57,951 bases of DNA from Acidobacteriota bacterium (GTDB lineage: Bacteria > Acidobacteriota > Aminicenantia > UBA2199). The DNA is taken from positions 1 to 57,951 of the forward strand of contig JAKLEC010000004.1 of assembly GCA_022711715.1 (NCBI GenBank), given 5' to 3'. Made by a program: the position numbers and the translations under genes. The notes beneath the pieces were generated by a model, which had not been told where the DNA came from, did no database searches, and saw only the letters and a list, made by a program, of their open reading frames with translations. The stretch's first letter is position 1, and each line of letters starts with the position of its first letter. This document shows, piece by piece, positions 34,820-43,857 of this stretch.

Positions 34820-35839
34820 ATGGATAAATTCAACAAGCTGAGCGGCAGCGTCAAGGCCTTGTTCACCGTGGCGCTGGCCCTGTTCCTGACCGGAGCCCTG
34901 GTGCTGCTGGCGGCGGAGAAGAGCCCCGCCAAGCCTGAGCGCGGCTTCCTGGGCATCTCGGTGAGCCCCCTGGAAGACGACGAACTGCAGGAGCTGGGGG
35001 TCAAGCACGGCGTGCGCGTCGAGGCCGTCGAAAAAGAGAGCGCGGCCGGGAAGGCCGGCATCCTGGAGGATGACGTCATCCTGGCGGTGGAAGGCGAAAA
35101 GGTTCGCAGCCCGCAGGGCTTGACCGAGATCATCCGCGACCTCGCGCCGGGCACCGCGGTCAAGATCTCCATCCAGCGCCAGGGAAAAGCGCATGAGGTC
35201 AAGGCCGTGCTGGGCAGGCTGGAGCGGCCCAAGCACATGGTATGGAAGTCGGCGCCGATGTTGAAGCATTTCTCGTCCGCCCCCTATTTGGGCGTGAGCA
35301 TCCTGGATGCCGATGCCGACCTCGCCTCCTATTTCGGCGTCAAGGCCGGCGAGGGGGTGCTGGTCACCGGCGTGGTCAAGGACACGGCGGCGGAAAAGGC
35401 GGGCTTCAAGGCCGGCGACGTCATCGTGGCCATGAACGACAAGCCGGTGCAGGGCAGCGGCGACGTGCACAAGGCGCTGGCCGGGCTCGAGAAGGGCGCG
35501 ACCGTGACGGTGACGGTCGTGCGCCACGGCAAGCGCGAAACGCTCAAGGCCGCGCCCGACTTCGACCGCCAGCGGCGGATCATCCGCATCTTCAAGGGCG
35601 GCAAGGACATCGACCTCGGGCATCTCGAGCTGCCGGAGATGGACGTCGAGATCCCCGAGATGCCCGGGATGGACGTCGAGGTCCCCGAGCCGCCCGACAC
35701 CGAGGTGATCATCAGCCGGGTCCGCGAGGACCTGGAGCGCAACCGCGAGTGCCTGGAGCGAGCGCGGGAAAAAATGGGCGAGGCGCGCGTCCGCGTCCTG
35801 AAGAAGATCCAGGAGGCCGGCGCGAGCCATATGATCTGA
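34820..35839 (+). CDS. Membrane-anchored tandem-PDZ domain protein (no protease domain)
   Basis: The ATG at 34820 follows gaggagg. N-terminal TM. Two PDZ-like units (GFLGISV..AGKAGILEDDVILAVEG and YLGVSI..AEKAGFKAGDVIVAMND). Confidence 0.75.
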   Translation: MDKFNKLSGSVKALFTVALALFLTGALVLLAAEKSPAKPERGFLGISVSPLEDDELQELGVKHGVRVEAVEKESAAGKAGILEDDVILAVEGEKVRSPQGLTEIIRDLAPGTAVKISIQRQGKAHEVKAVLGRLERPKHMVWKSAPMLKHFSSAPYLGVSILDADADLASYFGVKAGEGVLVTGVVKDTAAEKAGFKAGDVIVAMNDKPVQGSGDVHKALAGLEKGATVTVTVVRHGKRETLKAAPDFDRQRRIIRIFKGGKDIDLGHLELPEMDVEIPEMPGMDVEVPEPPDTEVIISRVREDLERNRECLERAREKMGEARVRVLKKIQEAGASHMI

Positions 35840-35863
35840 TTCATCTCCTTCCTCCTTATCTCC

Positions 35864-35893
35864 GGGACGGGCGCCAGCCCGTCCCATTTTTTT
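35864..35893 (+). terminator. Rho-independent terminator after the PDZ gene
   Basis: gggacgggc gcca gcccgtccc (perfect 9-bp stem) followed by a T7 run. Confidence 0.8.
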
Positions 35894-35910
35894 CTTCCAA
35901 TCAATTTGCG

Positions 35911-36030
35911 CAAAGGAAAAAGGTAAAAGTCAAAAGGTAAAAGGTGAAAGTGGAAGGCCCTTTATCGGTGAAGTGTCAAGATATTTAGTTCTGTGATTGC
36001 TGTTGCTAACACTAACACTATCACTATCAC
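35911..36030. repeat. Purine-rich AAAAGGT module (35911..35957) plus a WAACAC/ATCACT hexamer module (36005..36030)
   Basis: caaaggaaaaaggtaaaagtcaaaaggtaaaaggtgaaagtggaagg ... ttgctgttgctaacactaacactatcactatcac. Confidence 0.8.
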
Positions 36031-36042
36031 TTCTTTTTGCGG

Positions 36043-36636
36043 CTACTTGCGCGCGGAGAAGAGGCGGAAGGGGAAGACCGGGTCGCGGCGGGGGAGCGCC
36101 GAGGGGTAGACCCGGTCGCTGGCGCCCGACACCTCCTCCACGGTGAAAAAGGCGTCGGGCAGGGTCTCGCGGATCAGCTCGCGGACCTGGGGCAGGTGCT
36201 GGCGGCGGATGACGGTGAACACGAGCTCGACGGGCCCCTCGGCCCCCTGCGCCGGCACCAGGGTGAAGCCGAAGCGCAGGTCGTGCAGGCGGCGGCGGAA
36301 TTCGCCGCTCCCCGCCGGGGTGATGACGCGCAACAGCACCATGCCCAGGGTGAGGCGGCGCTCGATGGCCTGGCCGATGGCCGTGCCGGCGGCGAAGCCG
36401 CCGGCGTAGGCGATGTAGGCCACCGGGTGCGAGACCCGCTTCATGATCTGGCCGATGGCCAGGAGCCAGACCAGCACCTCGAAGAAGCCGACCAGCGGCG
36501 CCAGCCGGCGCGCGCCGCGCGAGATGGACACGATGCGGATGGTTTGCAGGCTGACGTCGACGATGCGCGCCAGGAAGATGAGCAGCGGCAGCACGACCCA
36601 CACGAACAGGAAGGATTGGCTGAATGGCTGATCCAT
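36043..36636 (-). CDS. UPF0316 family membrane protein (DUF2179-containing)
   Basis: VVLPLLIFLARIVDVSLQTIRIVSISRGARRLAPLVGFFEVLVWLLAIGQIM plus a C-terminal soluble domain, 197 aa. Confidence 0.7.
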   Translation of the reverse strand: MDQPFSQSFLFVWVVLPLLIFLARIVDVSLQTIRIVSISRGARRLAPLVGFFEVLVWLLAIGQIMKRVSHPVAYIAYAGGFAAGTAIGQAIERRLTLGMVLLRVITPAGSGEFRRRLHDLRFGFTLVPAQGAEGPVELVFTVIRRQHLPQVRELIRETLPDAFFTVEEVSGASDRVYPSALPRRDPVFPFRLFSARK

Positions 36637-36707
36637 GTTTCATTGTAGCAGATTGACAGGCGGGCGGCAATCGCGCTACAGTGTGGCGAACCTGCGAAGG
36701 AGGCATC

Positions 36708-36914
36708 ATGACCAAGCTCGCGCGCATGAAGGCGGTGAATGTTCTCCTGGCCCTGCTTCTGGCTGTCACGGCGCTGACCGGGATTCTGCACGGGCACCTC
36801 GGGACGGAGGCGTTCGCCCATGTCCATGTCCCCTGCGGCCTGCTGCTGCTGGTCCTGTCCATGGTGCACCTGGTGCTGAACTGGAGCTGGGTCAAGGCCA
36901 ACCTCTTCCGCTGA
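36708..36914 (+). CDS. Small 2-TM membrane protein, DUF4405-like
   Basis: The ATG at 36708 follows gaaggagg. Contains the conserved-looking sequence HVHVPCGLLLLVLSMVHLVLNW. A candidate TTGACA-18-TACAGT promoter lies at 36653..36682. Confidence 0.5.
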   Translation: MTKLARMKAVNVLLALLLAVTALTGILHGHLGTEAFAHVHVPCGLLLLVLSMVHLVLNWSWVKANLFR

Positions 36915-36945
36915 CCGCGGCCGCGCCCGGCCGCCAGGAGGGCCC

Positions 36946-37284
36946 ATGAAGAAATGGTTCGCGATCCTGCTGCTCGCCTGCGCGCTGCCCCTTGCCGCCC
37001 ACCCGCCGCGCTCCGTCGAGCTGGGCTATGACGGCGAGACAGCGACGCTGGCCGTGAAGGTGCTGCACCGGGTCGGCGATCCGGACCGGCACTTCATCTC
37101 ACGCATCGAAGTGCGCTCGGGAAAGGAGCTGCTGGCCGAGAAAACGTACGACCGCCAGGAAACGGCGTCCGGCCGCGATGAGGCGTTCTCGTTCGCCGAG
37201 CGGCCGCTGAAGGACGGGGAAACGCTGACCGTCACCGCCTTCTGCAACATCTCGGGGGAGAAGAGCGCCGAACTGAAGCCCTGA
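36946..37284 (+). CDS. Secreted small protein of unknown function (possible Ig-like SoxZ/desulfoferrodoxin-type fold)
   Basis: Signal peptide MKKWFAILLLACALPLAA. HPP..LHRVGDPDRHFISRIEV loosely resembles Hx(n)H[FY]I motifs of those folds. Weak evidence. Confidence 0.45.
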   Translation: MKKWFAILLLACALPLAAHPPRSVELGYDGETATLAVKVLHRVGDPDRHFISRIEVRSGKELLAEKTYDRQETASGRDEAFSFAERPLKDGETLTVTAFCNISGEKSAELKP

Positions 37285-37302
37285 GGCCGACGCCGGGCGC
37301 GT

Positions 37303-37587
37303 TCAGCGCTGGAGCGTGACCTCCTGCTCGCGCAGCTGGATGGTGAGAGTCATGCTGCGGTGGCGCATGTCGAGAAAGACCAGCTGGATGTCCAGGTTCT
37401 CGTGCTTCTCCATGGCCATCAGGCGGGTGGCGATCTCCATCAGGGCGGAGGCGCTCATCTGCTCGCAGTTGAGCTCGGCGCGGATCTTGGCCGAGTTGCC
37501 GCTGTCGAACTGGTCGATGCGCAGGATGCCGAAGCCGTGCTGGGCGAATACGTCGTAGATCAGCTGCGGCTCATAGGTGTTCTTCAT
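37303..37587 (-). CDS. Hypothetical protein (94 aa)
   Basis: ORF with a plausible start (MKNTYEPQ). No recognisable motif. Confidence 0.4.
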   Translation of the reverse strand: MKNTYEPQLIYDVFAQHGFGILRIDQFDSGNSAKIRAELNCEQMSASALMEIATRLMAMEKHENLDIQLVFLDMRHRSMTLTIQLREQEVTLQR

Positions 37588-37678
37588 CGCCTTTCCCCTG
37601 CCACGCCGTTACGGGCGGCTCCCGCGGCCGGGACCCGTTCCCCGCGCCCCCTATTCTCCGCCTGTTGGCGGCGGAATG

Positions 37679-38266
37679 TCAACCCGGGGGAGGGGGGCGC
37701 CGCCTGTCCCGCCATGCGCGCCACAGCGCCAGGCAGAAGGCGGCGCCGCCGACGAGCGCGGCCTCGCGCAGCGCCGCCGCCAGGTTGTGGCGGCTGAGAA
37801 TGCTGATGAAGAAGTCGCCGGCGTCGGCGGAACGGGTGACGTCAAGGAAGATCGGCCGCGAGGCGATGAAATAGCGCCCGGAGACGGGCCACAGCAGGGG
37901 CAGGCCGAAGGGCGGGACATGGTCGACGGCGAAACAGTCGAGAAGCAGGTGGGAGGAAAGGATCAGGAAGGCGGCGGCCGCCATCGGCCAGAGGCGCCGC
38001 CTCGCCGGCACGGCCCGGCGCCCCGCGAGGCGGAACAGCCCCGCGGCCAACAGGGCGACGGCGAGCGCCGCCCCCAGGCTGTGGAACACCCCGTGATGAT
38101 AGAGGTTGGGACGGCCCAGGAGCAGGCCGGGCAGGAAGTCGGCGTCGGGGAGATTGGCCAGCAGCACGCAGAAGAGGGCGTCGTGCCAGCCTTTGCGGAA
38201 GAAGAGTCCCCGCCAAACCCGCTGCAAGCCGATGCCGGCCAGGGCATGGCCGACGGGAAGGGGCAT
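37679..38266 (-). CDS. Membrane-bound metal-dependent hydrolase, YdjM/DUF457 family
   Basis: Starts at MPLPVGHALAGIGL.., with HHGVFHSLG and SHLLLD motifs. The ATG at 38266 lies 2 nt after the upstream stop. The 265-aa track ORF over-extends. Confidence 0.65.
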   Translation of the reverse strand: MPLPVGHALAGIGLQRVWRGLFFRKGWHDALFCVLLANLPDADFLPGLLLGRPNLYHHGVFHSLGAALAVALLAAGLFRLAGRRAVPARRRLWPMAAAAFLILSSHLLLDCFAVDHVPPFGLPLLWPVSGRYFIASRPIFLDVTRSADAGDFFISILSRHNLAAALREAALVGGAAFCLALWRAWRDRRRPPPPG

Positions 38267-38268
38267 GG

Positions 38269-39762
38269 TCAGGCGCGGCCGCGCAGCCGGGACAGCACCC
38301 GTTCGCACTCCTGCTGCCAGCGCAGGTCGCTCCAGGAAAACAGCGGGCGCAGGCGCGGCAGCAGCTCGCGGGCGCGGCGGGCGTTCTCGCCCAGCCCGCT
38401 GCGGCGGAACAGCAGGTCGTCGAGATGGACGATCGCCTCCTCCTCGACCAGCTCGCGCAGGCTCTCGGCGCTCCAACCGGGGGGCGGCTCCCAGTCATAG
38501 GCGAAGAACCAGCGGCCGGAGTTGGCCGCCTCGGGCGGCGCGAGAGGCCTTGGTTTGGCGGAGGGAAATATCCTCTTCATGGCTTTGGCGGCCACCAGGC
38601 GGGAGGTGGTGTATTTGACGCCCGAGACGCTGTACAGCCCCATCGGGCCCTGAACGGCGCCATGGTTCAGGATCACTTCGCGCGCGGCCAGGCGGCCGGC
38701 GGCGGTGGCGGGCAGGATGCCGGCGTAAACGGCCTCGATGTCGCCTTCCTGGATGGACAGCTCGGGAACGGCATCGTTCAGGTCGGCGATGAAGGCGGCG
38801 ATCTCCTCGGGACGCGGCTCGGCAGCGCTCCGCTCGTCGTCCAGCAGCACTTCGCCGGTGCCGGCCAGCATGCGCCCCTGCCAGCTGTGCACGAAATAGG
38901 TGTGGCTCGGGCCCCGGCGCGGGGTGAGGGCCAGGGCGCACTCGCTCAGCGCCTTGCGGCGGAACAGCACGTTGAACAGCAGCAAGCGGCGGCGCATGAG
39001 GCGCGGCTGGTCCTGGTCGAACTTTTGCGCCAGCTCGCGGCACCAGGGACCGGCGGCGTTGACCACCAGCGGGGCGCGGAACTCCAGCCTTTGTCCGCTC
39101 AGGCGGTCCAGGGCCAGCACGCCCGCCACCCGCTCGTCGTGGCGCAGCAGGTTCTCCGCCTCGACGTAGTTGAGGGCGCCGGCGCCAAGGGTGCAGGCCC
39201 AGCGCAGCAGCTCCATCAGCAGGCGCTGGTGCTCGGGCATGGCGGCGTCATACCAGAGCGCCGCTCCCTGCAGCCCGCGGCGCTCGGCCTGGGGAAACAG
39301 CTCCAGCGTGCGCCCGCGGCCGACCAGCCGCCCCATGGGCAGGCGGCGCTCGCCGGATACGCCGCGGTTGCGGCAGGCGCCCAGCGTGTCGTTCAGCAGC
39401 AGGGCCGGCCCCATGACCGCCGGGCGCATGAGCCCGCGGCCGTACAGGGGCATCAGGCAGGGGAGCACCCGCGCCAGGGCCGGCAGGCGGGACAGGAACC
39501 AGCGCCGCTCGCCGACCGACTCGAAGAAGCGCGGCACGTCGAGCGACTGCAGGTAGCGCAGGCCGCCGTGGAGGGTGCGCAGGTGGTTGCGGCTGGTGGC
39601 GCCGCCGAAGTCGTCGCGCTCGAGCAGCAGGGCGCGCTTGCCGCGCCGGCCCGCCTCGAGGGCCAGCATCACCCCGTACACGCCGCCGCCGACGATGATC
39701 AGGTCGTGGCGGGCCTGCGCCGCCGTCACCGGGTTGCGGTCGATGCGCGACACGCCCGTCAC
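38269..39762 (-). CDS. FAD-dependent oxidoreductase of the glycerol-3-phosphate dehydrogenase (GlpD/GlpA) family
   Basis: HDLIIVGGGVYGVMLALEAGRRGKRALLLERDDFGGATSRNHLRTLHGGLRYL. A GTG start at 39762 forms a GTGA overlap with the upstream stop. The 1057-aa track ORF is an out-of-frame read-through of the upstream gene. Confidence 0.8.
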   Translation of the reverse strand: MTGVSRIDRNPVTAAQARHDLIIVGGGVYGVMLALEAGRRGKRALLLERDDFGGATSRNHLRTLHGGLRYLQSLDVPRFFESVGERRWFLSRLPALARVLPCLMPLYGRGLMRPAVMGPALLLNDTLGACRNRGVSGERRLPMGRLVGRGRTLELFPQAERRGLQGAALWYDAAMPEHQRLLMELLRWACTLGAGALNYVEAENLLRHDERVAGVLALDRLSGQRLEFRAPLVVNAAGPWCRELAQKFDQDQPRLMRRRLLLFNVLFRRKALSECALALTPRRGPSHTYFVHSWQGRMLAGTGEVLLDDERSAAEPRPEEIAAFIADLNDAVPELSIQEGDIEAVYAGILPATAAGRLAAREVILNHGAVQGPMGLYSVSGVKYTTSRLVAAKAMKRIFPSAKPRPLAPPEAANSGRWFFAYDWEPPPGWSAESLRELVEEEAIVHLDDLLFRRSGLGENARRARELLPRLRPLFSWSDLRWQQECERVLSRLRGRA

Positions 39763-41375
39763 TCGCCCTGGCGCGGAGCGCGGCGCAGGGGGGCGGCGCC
39801 GGACTGGGGCGGCGGCGCGGCCGGCGAGGCCGCGGCGGCATAATCGCCGGCATGGCCGCCGCGGTCGACGGCCTGCAGCCGGAAATAGACCTGCGGCAGG
39901 AAGGGGAAGAGGATGAAGGTGTGATGGCTTTCCCCCGAGTCGAGAGCGTAGGAGTACGCCTGCGGCAGGAAATCGAATTCGATGCGGAAGTGGTCGAAGT
40001 CCGACTCGTAGCAGGGGTCCCACGAGGCGGTGCGCTGCAGCGCGCTCGCGGCGTCGAGGACCCTGACGTTGCGGGGCGGCAGCGGCGGGAAGGCCACCAG
40101 GGCGCCGGAGAACAGCGTGGCCAGCAGTCGGTGCCCCTCGGCGTTGGGATGGTTGCCGCTGCTCACGTCGGGGATGACGTCCTCCAGCAGCGCCTTCCAG
40201 CCGTCGGGAGGGTTCGTCTCCATGAACGCCGTCAGGGCGTCGATGCAGGGCACGCCCTCGTCCGCGGCCAGGTCCCGGATGCCGCCGCTGAGGGCGCGCA
40301 GGTGCTCCCAGTAATAGTCGCTGGCGGCGACGCCGGCCTTGCTCGGCGTGAGGGTGGCGGCGATGACGCGCATGCCCAGGGACTTGGCCTCGTCGATGAT
40401 GAAGCGCAGGTTCTCCAGGGAGCTGTCGAGGGAGAAGCTCTTCTTGATGACGTCGTTGACGCCCAGCATCAGGAGCAGGTAGAGGCCGGGGGTGGCCGCC
40501 AGCTCCTGCCGGGCGCGCGTCGCCCCGTCGAGGGTGGTGTCGCCCGGGACGCCCAGGTTGACGGCCGACGAGGCGCCGTAATAGGCCGGGTCGCCGGGGT
40601 CGGACATCATCTCGCCCATCCGCGTGAGGAAGCACAGGTCGAGGCGCTGCACGCCCTCGACCTTGCCCCAGGTGATGCTGTCGCCGAAGCCGACGTAGGT
40701 GTTGTAATACTCGGGAACGACCGTTGCCGCGTGCCCGCCCGGGGCCGCGGCCAGCGGCTCGCGCCGAAGCAGGACGCAGTCCCCCTGCGGCGGGACGAAG
40801 CGGTAGCGGAAGCGTTCCCACAGGGTGCGCGCGCCGATCTCCAGCCCGCTGCCAACGCGCTCGACAACGAACTCCTTTTCCGACTCGCGGGTGGCGGTCA
40901 GCTGGGTGAACCGCCCAGATTCCGCGTCCCAGTAATAGAGGTCGTCGTTGCCCGAGCGGTTGGCCAGGAACACCAGCCCCTCCTGGCGGCCTCCGGTCTC
41001 GACGACCTGCGGCGGGCCGATGAAGGAGAAGCCGCCGTCGACGAGGATGCGGCTGCGGCCGAGCCGGAAATCGTAGCCGGCCAGGCGGTCGGCCCCGGGA
41101 CGGTGGTTGAGCCAGAAGACCCAGAAGTTGCCGTCGCCGGTCCGCGTGGCCAGGTAGATGTTCTCGCCCGCCATGCCGGCGCTGAGGTCGGCCGTCCGCG
41201 CCCCCTCCAGCCGCAGCCCGGCGCGGCCGGGGGAGTGGAGGGCCCGTACCACATACGGCCGGCCCTGGAACTCGAAGCGCTCCGCGACCTCCGAGGCGTC
41301 CCGGCCGCCCCGGAGCGGCGCGGACGCCGCGGCCAATACCAGCAGGGGGAGAATGGACCTGGCGAGGGATTTCAT
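39759..41375 (-). CDS. Secreted SGNH/GDSL hydrolase with a ~230-aa N-terminal domain and a C-terminal Fn3-like domain
   Basis: Signal MKSLARSILPLLVLAAASAPL. SGNH blocks VGFGDSITWG, LLMLGVNDV and GNHPNAEGH. Confidence 0.75.
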   Translation of the reverse strand: MKSLARSILPLLVLAAASAPLRGGRDASEVAERFEFQGRPYVVRALHSPGRAGLRLEGARTADLSAGMAGENIYLATRTGDGNFWVFWLNHRPGADRLAGYDFRLGRSRILVDGGFSFIGPPQVVETGGRQEGLVFLANRSGNDDLYYWDAESGRFTQLTATRESEKEFVVERVGSGLEIGARTLWERFRYRFVPPQGDCVLLRREPLAAAPGGHAATVVPEYYNTYVGFGDSITWGKVEGVQRLDLCFLTRMGEMMSDPGDPAYYGASSAVNLGVPGDTTLDGATRARQELAATPGLYLLLMLGVNDVIKKSFSLDSSLENLRFIIDEAKSLGMRVIAATLTPSKAGVAASDYYWEHLRALSGGIRDLAADEGVPCIDALTAFMETNPPDGWKALLEDVIPDVSSGNHPNAEGHRLLATLFSGALVAFPPLPPRNVRVLDAASALQRTASWDPCYESDFDHFRIEFDFLPQAYSYALDSGESHHTFILFPFLPQVYFRLQAVDRGGHAGDYAAAASPAAPPPQSGAAPLRRAPRQGE

Positions 41376-41383
41376 GGGGCTCC

Positions 41384-41412
41384 ATTGTATTGGAATCGCC
41401 TGGTCTTGTCAA
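41384..41412 (-). promoter_or_regulatory. Sigma70-like promoter TTGACA-17-TACAAT whose -10 ends 8 nt before the SGNH start codon
   Basis: The minus strand reads ttgaca agaccaggcgattccaa tacaat ggagcccc ATG. Confidence 0.5.
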
Positions 41413-41510
41413 TTTCGCCGGACGCGGCGTAACGGGGAGCATGACGGGCCCAGGCCCCGGGTGTCCGGAGCGCCTTCAACGCCCTTGGCGGGCCCTCTCC
41501 CGGGGAAGGA

Positions 41511-43070
41511 TCATTGCCGGCACAGCTCCAGGCCCAGCCCCAACGAAAAGCGGCGCAGGTCGTCGTTGGCGCCGTCGACGAAATCGAGGCTGGCCTGGAC
41601 GACCAGGTTGAAGCGGTGGCTGAGCGCCCAGGCCGCGCCGACTCCGGGCTCGATCACCAGGGAGTAGCGCCTGGACCGCTCGTCTTCGCCGTCACTGCGC
41701 ATCATGCCGGCGACGGTGCGCAGACGCACCCCGAAGCGGCCTTGCTTCAGCAGCGGATAGTCGATGGCCAGTCCCCAGAACGGCGGCCGGCTGCCCGCTC
41801 CCGCCCCGACGCGGCCGAAGCCGACCAGGCCGAACGCCAGCGATTCGCCCAGCCTCCCGCCCAGCTGCATGCCGGGCATGAAGGTCCAGCGCCCCTCGTA
41901 GCGGGACATCTTGCCGATGAACTGGGCATGGAAATGGAGCCGTTTGCCCGCGTCCGGCCTGTTTTGCCGCCGGGCCTCGCGGTCGCCGCGGGCGATGGCG
42001 TCGAGGATCTCGGTGCGCGAGAACCCCCCTTCCCCGACCTCCCGGCTGCCGCTGCCGGCGACCTCCACCTCCGCCTCGCGCACCTCGCTCTCGTCGACGA
42101 CGACGAGCCGGTAGCGTCCGCGGGCCAGCTCCACCTCCAGCTCCGCCTCCGCCGCCTTGGGGAACTCCATCACCAGGGTGCCCGAGCGGTCGTGGATGAA
42201 GACGCGGCCGGCCAGGCCCCGGCCGAGGCGCAGCCGCGCGTCGCCGCTGCGCAGGTCGGTGAGCACCACGTCGCCGGTCCCCGACATCTGGATGTCGTAG
42301 CTGGGGTGCTGCGGGCCGCCGGAGGCCCGCTCGGTCTGGCGCAGGGTCTCGGCGAACGCGTACTGGTAGGCCTCGCTTAGCGTCACGCGGCCGTCCGCGG
42401 AGGCGTCGGCGGCGCCCCGCAGCCCGGTGAGCAGGGCGCGGGTGAAAAAGGAGCCGCGGACGCGCTCTGACTCCTGGGACGCCTCGTCGGCCGAGCTGGA
42501 GGTCATGACGGCGTAGCCCTTCATGGCGAAGGCGGCGTCCAGCATGAAGGGCGGGCGGGCGCGGCCGCCCTTGAAGCGGATGAAGGCGCCCGAGGCGCAG
42601 GAGTCGAGGATGACGACGCGGGCGTCGGCGTCCAGCCCGTCCAGCCAGCCGCGCAGCTCGCGGTAGGAGACGCGCTCGCGGCCCAGCAGCAGGCCGTCGG
42701 CGTCGGCGTGGCCGGAATAGTAGAACAGCGCCTCCAGGCGGGGCTGCGACGGGCGCAGGCGCGACAGCCGCTCGCGCAGGCGCCCCATCTCCCAGAGCAG
42801 TGCCTCGCGGCGCGGCTCCAGCAGCAGGCGGCTGTCGTCGGGGGCGATCCCGCCCAGCCCCTCCAGCACCTGGATCACGGCCTTGGCGTCGCTCACGGCG
42901 TAGCGCAGGCGCTCGCGGCCCGGCCCGCCGTCGTTCGCGCCGATGACCAGCGAGAAGCGGCGCATGGACCCGGCGGGAGAACCCGGGTCGCCGCGCATCG
43001 GGGCCGCCGCCGCCAGGAGCAGCGCGCACAGGAGGCCATGCCGCGCGATCACGCCCATCCCGGCCCTCAT
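41511..43070 (-). CDS. Caspase-like (peptidase C14) protein with a signal peptide and a C-terminal beta-rich, possibly outer-membrane-barrel, region
   Basis: Starts at MRAGMGVIARHGLLCALLLAAAAP. The His/Cys dyad contexts are FYYSGHADADG (His codon 42708..42710) and VVILDSCASGAF (Cys codon 42597..42599). ATGA overlap with the upstream gene. Confidence 0.8.
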   Translation of the reverse strand: MRAGMGVIARHGLLCALLLAAAAPMRGDPGSPAGSMRRFSLVIGANDGGPGRERLRYAVSDAKAVIQVLEGLGGIAPDDSRLLLEPRREALLWEMGRLRERLSRLRPSQPRLEALFYYSGHADADGLLLGRERVSYRELRGWLDGLDADARVVILDSCASGAFIRFKGGRARPPFMLDAAFAMKGYAVMTSSSADEASQESERVRGSFFTRALLTGLRGAADASADGRVTLSEAYQYAFAETLRQTERASGGPQHPSYDIQMSGTGDVVLTDLRSGDARLRLGRGLAGRVFIHDRSGTLVMEFPKAAEAELEVELARGRYRLVVVDESEVREAEVEVAGSGSREVGEGGFSRTEILDAIARGDREARRQNRPDAGKRLHFHAQFIGKMSRYEGRWTFMPGMQLGGRLGESLAFGLVGFGRVGAGAGSRPPFWGLAIDYPLLKQGRFGVRLRTVAGMMRSDGEDERSRRYSLVIEPGVGAAWALSHRFNLVVQASLDFVDGANDDLRRFSLGLGLELCRQ

Positions 43071-43840
43071 TTTCTCAGCCGCAGCGAAACCTGGCCGCAG
43101 CCGCGGGGCAGTTCCAGCGGCGCGGTCATGGCCGACCCGCCGGAGGCGGCCAGCGTCCGGGCTGCGGACAGCACGTCGGCGACGGCCAGCGGCGCGCCGG
43201 AGAAGACGAAAAAGAAGCGCTCGAAGCGGGGCGCCTCGTCCAGCTCGAACGATCGCGGCAGGAGCGTGCGCCCGCCCGGGCGCAGGTCCGTGCCGCCGTC
43301 CTCCCGCTCCGGGAAATGAAGGGTGACGCCGCCGCCGCCGTCGATGGAGACGATCACGCCGTGCGCCGCCTTCCCGGGGATATAGGCCAGCTGCAGTCGT
43401 TCGCCCCGGCGCGCCGAGCTCCCGTCCGCCAGCGGGGCGCCGTCCCCGCCCTGGCGGAACACCAGGAGGGCGGGCGCCGCGTCGCCGCCCTTGACGCCGA
43501 TGTAATCTCCGCCGCCCGGCCGCTGCCTCAGCGCGGGGGGGAGCAGGAGCAGCAGCAGGGCCGCCGCCGCCAGCGCCGGAACGGCGGCCCAGGCCAGGCG
43601 CAAGCGGCGGGGCGTTGCGGGCGGAGCCCCATGGGCGCGCTCGAGGATCCGCGGGACGGTCCGCTCCGCCGGGTAGGCGGCCCGAATCTCCACGTCGGAA
43701 CGCCGCAGCGTTTCCAGCGCCGAGCGCAGCCCCGGGTCGCGCTCCAGCTCCCTGCGCACGCGGCGGCGCTCCCGGGCGGGCAGCTCGTCCAGCAGGTAGC
43801 GCTCCAGCATCCACTCCGGTATGCGCGTCTCCCGGCTCAT
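43067..43840 (-). CDS. Anti-sigma factor-like membrane protein (N-terminal sigma-binding helix region, one TM, periplasmic domain)
   Basis: Lies immediately downstream of the ECF sigma gene. WMLERYLLDELPARERRRVRRELERDPGLRSALETL resembles anti-sigma N-domains. TM AAVPALAAAALLLLLLPP. Confidence 0.6.
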   Translation of the reverse strand: MSRETRIPEWMLERYLLDELPARERRRVRRELERDPGLRSALETLRRSDVEIRAAYPAERTVPRILERAHGAPPATPRRLRLAWAAVPALAAAALLLLLLPPALRQRPGGGDYIGVKGGDAAPALLVFRQGGDGAPLADGSSARRGERLQLAYIPGKAAHGVIVSIDGGGGVTLHFPEREDGGTDLRPGGRTLLPRSFELDEAPRFERFFFVFSGAPLAVADVLSAARTLAASGGSAMTAPLELPRGCGQVSLRLRK

Positions 43841-43857
43841 CTACTCCTCCTGCGCCT

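Noticed and set aside
38269-41442. 1057-aa ORF suggesting one giant protein
   Set aside because: Only the C-terminal ~497 aa (from GTG 39762) are GlpD-like. The upstream part is an out-of-frame read-through of the SGNH hydrolase gene (39759..41375), which has its own signal peptide and SGNH blocks.
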